A DNA stretch of 64,000 nucleotides from Epiperipatus broadwayi (Eukaryota > Animalia > Onychophora), in assembly GCA_028023455.1 (NCBI GenBank), contig JAQFVV010000006.1, forward strand, positions 14,942,001-15,006,000, given 5' to 3'. The notes beneath the pieces are model-generated. The model was not told where the DNA came from. It made no database searches and saw only the letters and a program-made list of their open reading frames with translations. This document shows positions 1 through 12,649 of this stretch, piece by piece; within the stretch, counting starts at the first letter, position 1; each line of letters starts with the position of its first letter. The position numbers and the translations under genes were made by a program.

Positions 1-295
1 AAACTCCCTTCAGCCTTTCACTCTTATTATATACAACCGATATACATAACCAGACACGTGAAAAAGATAAATGATCTCCAATATACATATTTCATGCTGA
101 ACCAGCACTCCTCAGTTGGCCCAGATCATAATCTGCCACACATATATAATCAGTGCTTGGTTTAAAGTGTGAAGATTTGCTATCTTAATATAAACCGAGC
201 ACTGCCTTTTTCACATGTGTGTTTACATGTGTATCGGTTGTATGAGATAGAGTAGAAGGCTGAAGGGAACTTGAAGGTCTGTGTTCAAATCCCCT
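1..295 (-). mobile_element. Family B HHR-bearing repeat in a foldback arrangement
   Basis: 1-205 matches the copies at 2280, 22318, 34485 and 43516. 1-66 is repeated inverted at ~206-272. B-box-like GTTCAAATCC at 283-292. Confidence 0.75.
78..119 (-). ncRNA. Minimal type I hammerhead ribozyme motif (family B), core intact
   Basis: Minus strand reads CCAA CTGAGGA GTGCTG-gtt-CAGCAT GAA ATATGTAT A / TTGG. Helix I 4 bp, helix II 6 bp, near-palindromic helix III, AUA cleavage triplet. Confidence 0.8.
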
Positions 296-502
296 ATATA
301 AAAGTAAATTTACTTTTAGTTACAATGTAATGTTTATGATAAAAGCATTCTACTTGTAGTTTAATTATATGTTAGTTGTCATCTAATTAAATTGTTAAAT
401 GTTTTTTTTTTTAAAAAAAATATTCAAACTTGTCTTTCAAAAAAAAAGAGAGAGAAATAAAATTAAGTGCCATTTATAAAATTTCCAACGATTATGGTCT
501 TC

Positions 503-750
503 GGTAGAATAGTCTAATTGATTAGAATATAACTTTAAATTTAGACCTTTATAAATTCAGTTTTCGCGAATCTAAAGGTCACCAGTTCAATTCCTCTGCT
601 AGACTGACGCTGATCAGGCCAGCTTCGTCTGAAGAAGGAAAATAATCTCTCGCGAAACTTTGTGTAGCGCTCTAACAATTGAATGTATTTAGAAAAGTAT
701 AAAGTTAGAATTTTCCTAAAACTATGTGATGGAAATAGACCAACATAAAA
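503..750 (+). mobile_element. Family A tRNA-headed HHR SINE, diverged copy
   Basis: Degenerate A/B boxes, caggccagc, CTGAAGA at 629 and GAAAC at 654. 3' end gatggaaatagaccaac is shared with the 43082 and 63410 copies. Confidence 0.65.
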
Positions 751-1227
751 CTATAATGTATAAAGATGAGATTAATTTAAACAAATAATAGTTGCATTAA
801 AGTTCTTTCTAGCCCTATATGATTATCTGATTTTAAAAAGTAGTAATAATTTAGTATTAATTTTACGCTTTTTTTTTTTGTACGTAATGCCTTTTTTCGC
901 CAATAATTTTATAATGCCATTGGATGAATATGGTGTATATCCTAACACTTGTTTTTTTTTTTTTAATGCTAACCAAGATTTCGCCTCTCATTTATTCTTT
1001 TCTTATTTAAACAAATGCAGTTTTTAGGAAGCACCAGCTTCTTTAAAGTTCTTCTAAAGTTGAATAACCTCTGGAAAGTTTTCCCAAGTGGAACACGCTG
1101 CGCCTTTGATCTCAACCAAAATAGAAACCTGGAAACGTTTTTTTTTTTTTTTTTTGTCTATACGGTGCAGTATTTTCGTAGGGGAGATCAAAATTTTAGT
1201 CACATTTATTTTCTTATATATACAGTA

Positions 1228-1593
1228 TACAAATATTGTACATTTTAATTTATGCGCATCATTTAGATAAACATTCTTCTTTATGTTAAATAAATAATGA
1301 AAAACGGTTTTTCATGTGTTGTTTTCGCGTATTTATATACACGTGTATGTGCGTGTGCAAGGTATTATGTATTTTCGAATTAAATTCTTAGTTTTAGAAG
1401 GAACTTTATTCAATACAAATATTGTACATTTTAATTTATGCGCATCATTTAGATAAACATTCTTCTTTATGTTAAATAAATAAAGAAAAACGTTTTTCCA
1501 TGTGTTGTTTTCGCGTATTTACTTACACGTGTATGTGCAAGATATTATATATTTTCGAATTAAATTCTTAGTTTTAGAAGGAACTTTATTCAA
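1228..1593. repeat. Recent tandem duplication, ~186 and ~180 bp
   Basis: 1228-1413 is repeated almost exactly at 1414-1593. Confidence 0.9.
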
Positions 1594-2279
1594 GGAAATA
1601 CGTATCTACAGATATTTCAGTTTAAAAGAAAAAAAAATTATACATAACTAATCTAAGAATACTATAAGGAGTATGTTCAATAGTATTCAGTGAATTATAC
1701 TATTATTAAGAATATTTACAATAAAATAGGAAGCAGAAAGTACATCTCACTAGGGGTTAATGCACTGATGGTCAAGTGACCAAATGGCTGCGAAAATGTC
1801 TGACGGGATGATTTTTTAATATCTTTGTTTTATTGTCTCTAATTTATTTTTAAAACTTAAAAATTTTTTTGCATTATTTTTGTAAAGATAAGTACACCTT
1901 GTGCACCATAATGCATACAGCATAAGACTATAATTGAACTTACAGTGAGTGGCTGAAGTAATTAACAAGCAAGGGGTAATAATGCTATATCACATCGCCA
2001 GGTGGCTCTGGGATATAATAGAATGAATTATTTTTTCTAATGCAAATGCTGATGGTAGATATATCACAGAGATTTTTAATACTACCAAAACTGGTCTCTA
2101 AGATCTCTTCAGATCTTGGGATTTACTTTAACTTATTCATTGTATCAAATTGACTACTGGTTTGCTGTGGCACACAATCATCTAGTTAAAATCGGATTCT
2201 CTATCTATGACTTTCATTAATTTTCCATTCTATAAATACATGTTTCTCTTTCATTACCAGCAGTTATAAAATGTCTTGC

Positions 2280-2640
2280 TTTGAACTATTAATCAACATG
2301 TGTGTGACAAGAATCTCAGCCTCAGGGTGGCCTTTGAGCATTTCATCATCAGATTTTCAATTGGATGGACGGTTGAAGAGTTGGAAGGTGAAGTAGATTG
2401 AAGCCTGTCCATTAAAGTATGAGGATGGGCCATCTTAATATATATCTGAGAACTTGTAGCATATATGTGTAGAGATGGTAATCTGGACCAACTGATGATT
2501 GCTGGTTTAGCATGAAATACATATATTGGTGATTATTTATCTTTTCAACATATATGTGTTCAAGTGTATCAATGTTATGAGATAGTGTAAAGAGTGGTGG
2601 AGTGTGTGAAAGTCTGTGCTCATATACCCTATATATAACA
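2280..2640 (+). mobile_element. Family B HHR-bearing repeat
   Basis: Reverse-complement homolog of 22370-22680 along its length. Confidence 0.8.
2487..2530 (+). ncRNA. Minimal type I hammerhead motif (family B)
   Basis: ACCAA CTGATGA TTGCTG-gtt-TAGCAT GAA ATACATAT A / TTGGT. U-U at the base of helix II; CG to CA change in helix III. Confidence 0.7.
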
Positions 2641-3240
2641 TGTTTATAATAATTTCTTTATTATCTAGAATACTTTTACTTATACTATTATTTTTATCAT
2701 GCTGTATAATTATCTTATTTTCAACCATAATTTATTCAGTTGATTCCAGTTTTTTTTTTGTATACTTTCTGCAAACCATGCATTTGTTTTATTTTGATGA
2801 CATTAATAAAATGGTTAAGTATGTTTAAATTTTTAAAAAATCCGATATATTAATCTTTAACAGAGATTTAAAGTTTATATCTGGGCTAGAGGCAATCTCT
2901 AGTTGAATAAATGATTAGTGGTAATCATAATTGTATTTATCCAGAGTGGATGGTAGCAAAGTTGTGGGTGGAGTAAATTTGACACTTGTAATTCAAAATG
3001 TAACAACTTACTATTAATTGTTTCTTCACTTTTTTTTTGCTTTTATTGTTAAAACACTAAATTTATTAATTTTTAATTGTTATTTACTCCAAAGTGTTAG
3101 AGTGTTATCTATAGATTGTTCTCAGGGTTTATTTAACATATTTAAAAAAATTTATATAGTCATATTTATGATAATGATTACGAATATTGTTAATATTGTC
3201 ATTTTATTTTGTTTGTTTAATTTGTAGGATATATACATTC

Positions 3241-4140
3241 AATATCATCAGCATCATTTTTAATTTGCAGGTGAAAGGTCTCCAAATTTAGTTCAGTTTT
3301 TTGATAAATAGCTTTTCTTCTCTTCATCACAGGAGCAAATTTTTTTGTATTACCCATCTGTCTCACGTGCGATTTTTTTTCTAAATATTTTATGATCTCT
3401 TGGATTTAATATTTCAACTGTTCACTTATCCCCTTTCTAGCAGTATATCCATCCAAGCTTTATTTCGGTCCTCTTAATTCTTACAAAGATGACAAGGACC
3501 CCTGTTTGCTCTCTTGCACCATGTATTTGTTTTTGATATCTTCTTTCATATTACTCCCTATATAAATGTCTCCATTTGAAATCTGTATTGTTTTTTGTTT
3601 GTATCAAAAGTCTATGTCTCAAATCTATAAATAAGAATTGATAAAAAAAAAATTATTAAAAACTTCTCTTATCAAATACATGAGCACATTTTCTTTTAAT
3701 GTTGGGTTATTATTGCAAACGTGGTTTATTCAAGCTTAATTCTATGTTTAATTTCATCCATTACATTTCTATTTGTATTTATCATCTGACCAAGGTAGTT
3801 GTAGCTGTTAACTTTTTCTAATTCATAATTATCAATCCTTTTTTTTTCTTCAGAGAAAATGCATTGGACATTACTTTAGTCTTTTTAGCATTTATCTGTA
3901 ATTGTATTTTCTGAATTTCATCTCATAACTCCTGGAACATTTCCTGAAACTCTGAAGCGCTATTTGCAAAAACAATTATATCATCTGCAAAATCCAGATG
4001 ACTTAAATGATCTTCATGTACTTTTCTTCTATTTGCTTCCCAATTTAATCCACAAAATATTTATTTTAAAAGTGCTTTAAAATTTTTTGGAGATGTGGAA
4101 TCAATCCTTGTCAATATTCTCGATGTCACCATTTAAAGTA
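3241..4140 (-). pseudogene. 5'-truncated RTE-type LINE (RT C-terminal half and 3' tail)
   Basis: Minus strand encodes EDHLSHLDFADDIIVFAN (RT FADD motif) and a LGETFT-like 3' end followed by an (ATG)n-like tail. Many stops and frameshifts. Confidence 0.8.
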
Positions 4141-4149
4141 ATCATTACT

Positions 4150-5310
4150 GCTGCATTGTGACATATATAAACAATGCATTATGCTATATGAAATCAATAT
4201 AAAATATTTGAAATGCCCCATAGTTATATTATTTCAGTCACACTCCCCCTTTAAATAAAGAACTACAAACTAAACATTACCCACAATTCCACTTACTTCC
4301 CATACACCCTTAATATTAAAAGAAGTTCTTTTATATTAAGGGTATATGAGAAATAAGTGGAATTGTGTGTGTTTAGTCTAAATATCTTTAATATTAAGGG
4401 TGTATGGGAAGTAAATGGAATTGTGAGTAATGTTTAGTTTAAATATGTTGTTACTTTGTAGTTATTTACACTTGAAGACTGTGCTTGTAGCAATGAAACC
4501 ATTGGTAGTGTTTTAGAGTTTATTTTCTTGGCTAATCTGGTTGAGTTGTGTATTTGGTGTAATTTTGATTATTTATTGACTAGTTTAGCTTTATGCTTTT
4601 AATGTTTATATATATATAAAGCTAATTTAAATAAGCAAAGACTTGACATTGCAAATAAACAAATACTTCTAATTTTAAATATACATGAAAGAGTATACAG
4701 TAATCATTTTTACACCCCAAACTCAAATATAAGAAATATAAACAATGCATAATGCTAGCTATATTTAGTTTGGGGTGTAAAAATATCTTGTATAGTTTTT
4801 CTATGTATATTTAAAATTAAACATGTTGATTTATTTGCAATACTTCTTATTTAAATACTTCTTATTTAAATTAACTTGAATTTTAATATACACACATATA
4901 TAATATTATTGCAGTCTACATTGTAGAGAAGTTCTTTTTCAATGGGCTGCAAAAATTCAAGCCTCTCTTTATTTAAAGGGGAAGTGTGATTGAAGTAATA
5001 TAGCTATGGACATATCAAGTATTTTATACATTGTTTTCTATTTCTCATATTTGAGTTTGGGGTGTAAATGACTATTGCATGGTCTAAATATATTTAAAAT
5101 TAAACAAGTTTGTTTATTTGCAATGTAAGATCTTTACTTACTTAATTTCACACTCTTTATTTAAATTAGCTTGAATTTTAATATATATATAACATCATTG
5201 CAGTATACATTGAAGAGTTGTTCCTTTTCAGTGGGCTCCAAAAATGCAAGCGTTTATTAAAGAGGGGGAGTGTGGTTGAAATAATATAGTTATAGGGCAT
5301 TTCAAATATA
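4150..5310. repeat. Composite foldback/tandem repeat with a degenerate HHR-like motif
   Basis: ~4205-4260 is inverted at ~5250-5308. ~290-bp units are tandem at ~4765-5050 and ~5050-5310 and inverted at ~4600-4750. Hairpin at 4270-4440. Confidence 0.7.
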
Positions 5311-7758
5311 CATATATATTACCTTTATATAAAGGGTTACTTGTTATTAATAATAAATAAATAAAAATTACTAAATTTTCATGTTTTTAACTGCAGTAGT
5401 AAAAAAAAATTTATATAAAGAAACAATACAGTATTGAATTAATATCTTGCATTAATGAAAAATAATTGAATAAATGGTTGCTTGCAATGTCATGTGACAT
5501 TAAGTACGGAAGTGATAGTTTGTGATAGTTTTATCGTCAATCTGGAAATCTTTAACTTTTAAATCTGCTAAGTATCTTTGCATGGAATATAATTAGAAGG
5601 ATTACACAGCATAAGGTAATGGCAAAATATTATCTGTAGAAGTTTGGCACCACCCCTTCCTAATCAGTTGCTAATAAAACATCAAAGTACAAACGTCTGT
5701 TTTGTTTTATAATCAATTTGTAGAAATTGATGTAATTTATCCTCTAACTAATAGTAGTTAGATATATATATATTTACTGATCATAACTGGATAGCTAACT
5801 AATAATAGTTAGATATCCTTTTGCTGATCAGTAACTGGATAACTGACTGGTTTAATTATTGGCAGAAGTTAGATTCCATTTAAGAAGGGGCGCCCATCAG
5901 TCACGCAAATAATACTAGATATTCTCTTACATTGTAATAAAATATCCTTCCAACCTTATTTGTTCTATATTGAAGGTTTTTATATATATATATATTTTTT
6001 TTTATAAAAAAAAAAAGAATGATGTTGTTTTGATGCAAAATAATTGTATATACATGTGCGCTTATTTGCTTTAACAAGTCCAACATATTTACACATTAAG
6101 TATGCATGCTGTGTTAAACTTTATATTTGCGTATATGTATATTGGGGGGGGGGACTGGTCTTTTAATATAGAATTAAATTTTGTATTACTTTGGGGAGAG
6201 GATTTAACTGGTCTTTTGGGATTGAATTACTCTCTTTGTATCATAAGAATTGCGCTAGAAGTCATGTCTCTCAATCTAGACTGATCTTAGAACCATAATT
6301 AGCCAACGTAAGACTTTAATGATGGAGAGAAAGAAGTACTGTATGATATTATTAATGGATACTAACAAAAAATGACTGAATTTTTTATATTAGTATCTGA
6401 TATATATAAAATCTAACCATACAATTGAAATAAAGTTAAACGTGCTATTTGAACTAAAGACTTTGGGGGCCGGTATTAAAGTATCTCAGGTCATAATAAC
6501 TGACTGATACTTCTATTATTAGGAGAAAAGATGAGGTCATAAAGTATGTAAATCCAGTTCTATAAAGCTGAATTGTAAACAAAACATAACAAACGTCATA
6601 TAATAACTTAAAAAAAAAAAAAGAAACATTTCTCAGGTTAAACTAGCTTTGATTCAGATAAAATAAAAAAGTTCTATATTGAAATTTTATTTTATTATAA
6701 ATATTTCATCTAAACAATTTTTAGTTCGTAGACAATAGCGTAGGTCGTGAAATGAACAAGCTAGTATGTGGGCGTGTGGGTCTTAGGGCTCTTTGAGTGG
6801 TCATTCTTTTTATCGTTTGGATTTCTTTTTTCACACAGTTTAATTTGCCAACGAAATACCTTAAAGGAATCTCTAGCGATTCCAAACAGGTAATAGATTT
6901 ATTAGCGGCTTTATTTTGCCACTGTAACTATACATTCGGAAATCATCTACATAATCAACCATTGTTAAATTCTATGCATGAAACTGGTGATAACCATGAT
7001 TGTTATTTAACTTACTTAACCATTAGCTATCAAAGCTATTTATAAAAAAAACCCGATCCATATATATTGCTTTGGTTTGGCGATAGTTTTTGCACCAATG
7101 CGATACAATCTTATTTATAATTAACGGCTTATTCTTGTAATTAATTTTGCAGCTGCGAATATTGAAGCAAGAGAGAAAAGAAAAACATGTTAAAAATTGT
7201 CTTGATATATATATGATTAAATTATTCCGCTATCATATACAATTATATATTTTATTAATAAATTTTACTTCCACCTTCCTCGCATTCTTTCTTATCTTGT
7301 ATTTGTATATTCACGCATATAAATATGCATTATTACATCGGTTATTAAGAGTTCATTCATTGAGTAAACATAACGGTATTTAATTTATCCGTATTTTTTT
7401 TCTTTTCTGAATAATCAAAAGAGGTTAAGTCTAGTCTATTGAGGCATATTGATAAGAGGTTATTGAACTGTATGCTACAAATTTATTGATCTTATAAACA
7501 AATAAATAAAAGTTTGATTATATATATTTTTCTAAATAATAAAATAAATAGTATAATAAATTAAACGAGGGGTTATTTAATTTAAACTTCTGACGATTTA
7601 AGTTCTGTATAATGACTGAATTATTTTTCAAATATACAGTACTGTTATTTCTTCCTGTTTTTCTATTTTTAAATTAAATCATCTAGATTTTGTTATGATA
7701 AATAAAGTTTATTTATATGCAGTAAATTTATAAATATGCAATAAAAAAAAAATTAATG

Positions 7759-8030
7759 GACGGCCTCGTGGTTTAGTGGAAGAGCATCTGCCTGCTACGT
7801 TCAGACCTGGATTTGAACTTGGCTGGGTAGAATTTGAAATTTTTTTAGGCTTTTGGAATGTTTTTTTTATTTCTCGGACTGTTGGCATATGGTCAGTTTG
7901 CTATATTTTCTATATTGGTCAGCAAAGGTAGAAAAATCATGCGTTATCATCTATATCCTCTCCTGTATTTTTTGTATGTGCAGCCGTCGAAGAAGCTTTG
8001 TCCTGGGACAGGCTTTTAAATATGTTTATC
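7759..8030 (+). mobile_element. Degenerate tRNA-derived SINE
   Basis: A-box-like ggcctcgtggtttagtgg and a decayed B-box near 7810. A related body appears at ~8200-8350. Confidence 0.45.
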
Positions 8031-8989
8031 ATTCTTTTTTTCATTATCTACAATATGCGAAGTTTTGATAAATGAAATTGGTTTACTAGTAGCAACATGC
8101 GAGTATATAGTTCTTTGGACAATAAATTTATACAGAGATTGAGGAGTCCTTACAACAAATAAAATAATTAAGGTAGGTATGAAGGGTTTCGGGGCATCAT
8201 GATTGTGCTTGTTCTATGCCCATAACCTAAAGTTGAATCCTGTTTGGATAGAATTTGAATTTTATTTAGTTTTTCTAGAGTTTAGATTTTTATCAGGAGT
8301 AGGATGACCTCCAAGTAGCCAACCAGTATTCGACTGTAAAAAGAGAAAAACATTCAAAGTCTCATTATCTGGCAATTTTTATATTAGGTGACTAATACTA
8401 TCTTGTCCATTGGGCCTCTATTGGGGAAAGAGATGACGGATTGAATAGATGTTTGTTTTGTATAGTAGGCTATTTAAAAACTAAAGTAGCATCCTGTAAA
8501 TGTATTGTTTTTTGAGTAAATTTATGTGAAAGGTGAGGAACCCTTATATCAAATGGGCAATTCTCAAATGACCATGTGGTTTTTGAGCATGCTAATGGCA
8601 AATTGGGCATATAACAGTTCATTATGTACTGAGTTTTTTTTTTATCTTATCAGCTGAATCTTCCTCTCTACTACTGTGCCAAACTGTGTCTAGGATTGCC
8701 ATCTTTATTATATCTTGCCATTCAAGATAAGAATAGATCTCAGACAAAAGCAGTTATATAATCTGATAATAGATTATATAATAGCAGCTGGCTATTCTAT
8801 CTTTTCCAAAAACTTTATCATGTGGTTGAGTGTTAGTATTCATTCATTTATAGTTAAAATCTTCAAAGTGCATGTGCAACAGCGTAATGCTGTGTTAAAT
8901 ATTAGTTTACAAACATCGCGCTATAAAAAATGATTTATTTAAATATATTCAATAATAAATATCATTTATGCTTCCACACACTTCCCAAC

Positions 8990-9386
8990 TCCAACAAACT
9001 AATCAATAACACTAAAGACAGCCTACCACCCTCGCTGACACCTCAGGTGTTCTATAATATTGCCTGCCCTGAAAAATATTGTAAATCATCATATTATGGT
9101 GAGACCAGGGCCTCTCTGTCCACTAGGCTATCCCAACACACATACTCCTATAATAAAGCACTGGTGGACACTTCTTATAGTTCAGTTTTTGCACAGCATC
9201 ACACTTCAGCTAGTCACGATTGCCAACCTAGAGATCCAGTGGTGGTTTGCAGAGAGCGACACGATCTCAAAAGGAAATATAAAAGAGGCTTACTTTATCG
9301 CTAGAGATAGCGACGCCATGAATAGAAAGGGCTCTTGCTACATAAATATCCAGGAAATGGAATACGTAACTATCGCATTTGCATAA
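8990..9386 (+). pseudogene. Penelope-like element GIY-YIG endonuclease C-terminus, one frameshift
   Basis: VFYNIACPEKYCKSSYYGETRASLSTRLSQH...RERHDLKRKY joined by a frameshift to KEAYFI...MNR matches the PLE GIY-YIG pattern (CxxC-YxGET-R-EH, EA-I, NR). Confidence 0.85.
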
Positions 9387-10616
9387 ATTTACATCGTTCC
9401 TAATCAATTTCTTATCTATTTACAAAATGGCTATGAATATGAGGGCTCTGATCCTTGAAAGCGTTTAGCCACTTAATTAAATATATGTATTATAATAATA
9501 TATATACATTTCTTTATTTGTCTTCAGCTTTGTGTGATTGGGCGTGTTAGCGCATTTTATAATTTGCACTTTAGAACATTTAACCACGAAGTTTAAACTG
9601 TTTGCTCATTTGAAAGTAGTAGTGTGAAAATTACACTTCAGAAATATTATTCATTAAATGGATAATCTCTAATCTAAGGAATGACTACTAAAAAATACCA
9701 ATCTCGTTATTATATCTGTTTTATTATATAATTATTTTATGTTAGTTTTAACGCGAAATTTATAGTTTTAAAGCATATAAATTATATTCCGCTTATGTAA
9801 TTTAATACTAGGTTTGACAGTGATAAATTACAAAAAAAGACAAAATCCTGGCCATTAATTATTTTTAAATTTTTGACTGTTTGTACTTTCATTTTTGTTT
9901 TTATTAAAGTGAAACTTTCACTATGCCTTTTTACCTTCAGGTAAAACAGTTAAAAAGGGTTTAGAAGTATTTTTATTTTTAAATCTTGCAACTTAATTTT
10001 AATAGTTAAAGGCCACGAAAGAAAACCTCAAGCTTGAATAATCTTTAAAATTGTCAAATTTTTGGTTTAAAAAAAAAAAGGCAAATACCTTGCAGAAACT
10101 GAAAGATCTTCATTTGGTTATCTTTTCTCATTATTAATTCACTATTTTAAAAGAAAACATAAAATTTTGAAATTCTTAAGCATATCGATATTTTAGATCA
10201 GATAAGAAAATAGCTTGGAAGAGACTAAATATTTGGAAATGTGAATATTGGAAATTTGAAAAAATATGTACATGCATGCACACACAAAGTGGTTAAACAA
10301 TTTATTAGTTTAAAAAGGAACAAATTATTAAAAATATATTGCAAAAAAGCCAACAATTTTATGAATATAAAGAACATATCAGTTCGATTGGAAAATGATT
10401 CTAAGAGTAGAAATGAAACCTGCAAGAAAATAAAATAAATTAAAAACAAGTGACGCAGTAAATTAAATATATAGATAAACTATCATTTTTCTCTCCAAAT
10501 TCTTGGTTTTGATTTTTTTCAGATTTAAATATTTTGTGAGTTTAAACAAAATCACTCAAATATATGTTATTTGCTTGAAGGTATGTGATGATGGTATATT
10601 AGATATGATAATATGG

Positions 10617-10983
10617 CGGACTATTTCCACCATCTATCAGTAAATGTTGAATGTATAGAAAATTTTAAACTTTATTTAAATTTTTCAAATACAAACAACT
10701 TGTTAGTAATAACACACAAATACACACAGGTTAGTAATTACACAATGTTTTGAATAGTATCATTCTCCACTTTTTTTCAGGGATTACTAGCTTGACCAGT
10801 GACAGCACAGGCCAGTATTACACCTCAGAAAGAGTGGAGAATAATACAACTCGAAATGTTGCTTAATTACTAACCTGTGTTGTCTATTTGTGTGTTATTA
10901 CTAACAAGTTGTTTGTATTTGAAAAGTTTAAATAAGATTTTAAATTCTCTATACATTCAATATTTACTGAAATAGTCTAACAT
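10617..10983. mobile_element. Head-to-head inverted pair of family A 3' halves
   Basis: 10617-10800 (minus) and 10805-10983 (plus) are reverse complements. Both HHR cores are mutated (CTGAAAA and CTCAGAA). Confidence 0.8.
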
Positions 10984-11464
10984 ATTACCATACTCAAATA
11001 TATATCGTTAATTTTGGAGAAATGCTTAAAAAGTATTTCTGTATTTGTTGTTTAAAAAAGACTGAAAACATTATTAATTGAATGAAATTAAATGTAATTT
11101 ATTAAATATTTATCTGGGAATATTTCAACAGAAGAGCGTCATTAAATAATAATAATAAACTTCTCTCCCACACATACCCATGCACACATACATAAATCTA
11201 TTTAAAAGTTTAAAAATGGACTTTTTTTCTTATAGTTTATACTCTTAAAATGTAATTTCTCATCTTTAAATGTCAATAGAATAAAATTATCCATTTTGGT
11301 ACTTATGTATTATCCTGTCCAGGCTGTTTTTTTTTTTTTTAATTATATAGTTTCAAAGGCCTACAAGTATTTTTTTAATGTTTTTTCTTCAATTTTATAT
11401 TACCGAATTTGTGTTAGTTGTTAAGTTTAAAAAATAAATCAATTATAAATTCCATTCAGAAGGA

Positions 11465-11548
11465 TTTTTTTTTTTTTTTAAGTGTCATAGCATCGGCCGG
11501 GACCGCCTGCAAGTGCAAGGCAGTCGCGCTGACCTCTCGACCACCAAT
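11465..11548 (-). mobile_element. tRNA-Gly-derived mini-SINE with poly(A) tail
   Basis: ttggtggtcgagaggtcagcgcgactgcc...cccggccgatgc, then tatgacactt and a poly(A) run. Homologous to 24133 and 40291. Confidence 0.7.
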
Positions 11549-12649
11549 TTTATATTATAATGTCTAAAAGCCCATATGCTCCAACATGAATAATCTTCTC
11601 TTAATCATCTACACTTCGTTACAAATAATGTATGTAAAGATACTTCAGATTTTATGTATATTTTTTATTAATGTTTAAATCTGCCTTAATAAGAACGATA
11701 TATTTTACAATAAAATGGAAATATAATTAATTTTTGTAGAATTTTTTTTTTAAAATAATAATAAAAAAAACCCAGTAAATATTAAATATGATCACTTTTT
11801 GTCAGCCATTTAATTTTAAATATTTATTGTAAGCTCCGGAAACTGTGTAATTAAAAAAATGACTGCCAAGCTTGGTAGACAGGGTAATATGTAAGTATCT
11901 ATACATGTATATAAGAAACATATAGAATTATTTATAAATTGAGACATTCAAATGATACTCAAGTGGCTTATTTTTCTGTATATTTATATTTTTCAATGTT
12001 TTCAACAAATTAATTTTTTTTTATATTTAAACTTCAAAACATATAGGGTATTATATATTAATGTGCACTAGTGTCCTAATAGTAGTCAATTTTAATCACT
12101 TTTAATATATATGTAAATTATCATTTTTAATTTTAATCAGTCCATTGCAAAATGAAAGTCTGAGATTAATCCAGTTTTTTAGATCCATGGCATCTCTTCT
12201 TCACCTTATGCAGTAAACTTTTTTATTCATTCACCTCATATGTCATATTTTGCTAAATCTCTTTAAAATCTAGAGGTTCAATATAGAATTCAATTGGCCA
12301 TTAATTGTCATCTTAAGTAGCAATGTATCTGGACTATCTTCATTTTAACATTTTAATTCTCTTTATGTCAATGATACACATGTGTTCGATGTATTTTCCC
12401 AGTGTTATGAATGAATTTAAGACTTGGACACTTAAAAGAAGAATTCCACAAAGACAACAGACCATATAGAAAAGCATGAAAATATGGATATCATAATTAA
12501 CTACTATATAATTATTTTATCATCTTCTATAGCTTTTTTATTCTTTAAAATAGTTGTTATACATATAGGAACTATTTTATTTTCCTATTTTTAAGTAAAT
12601 TTTTAAAAAGTAAATCTTTAAAATACTCACTTGTTTGCATTTTTCATAA

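Noticed and set aside
1764-1803. CTGATG-GTCAAGTGAC-CAAA resembles a canonical hammerhead core
   Set aside because: A9 is missing, G12 is substituted and there are no helices I or III. The context (GGGGTTAA) looks more like a DNA transposon terminus.
11859-12216. Phase-compatible two-exon ORF (ATG at 11859, GTAAGT at 11891, acceptor at 12140) giving MTAKLGRQGNIPLQNESLRLIQFFRSMASLLHLMQ
   Set aside because: Only 35 aa with no recognisable homology. Such combinations arise by chance in AT-rich DNA.
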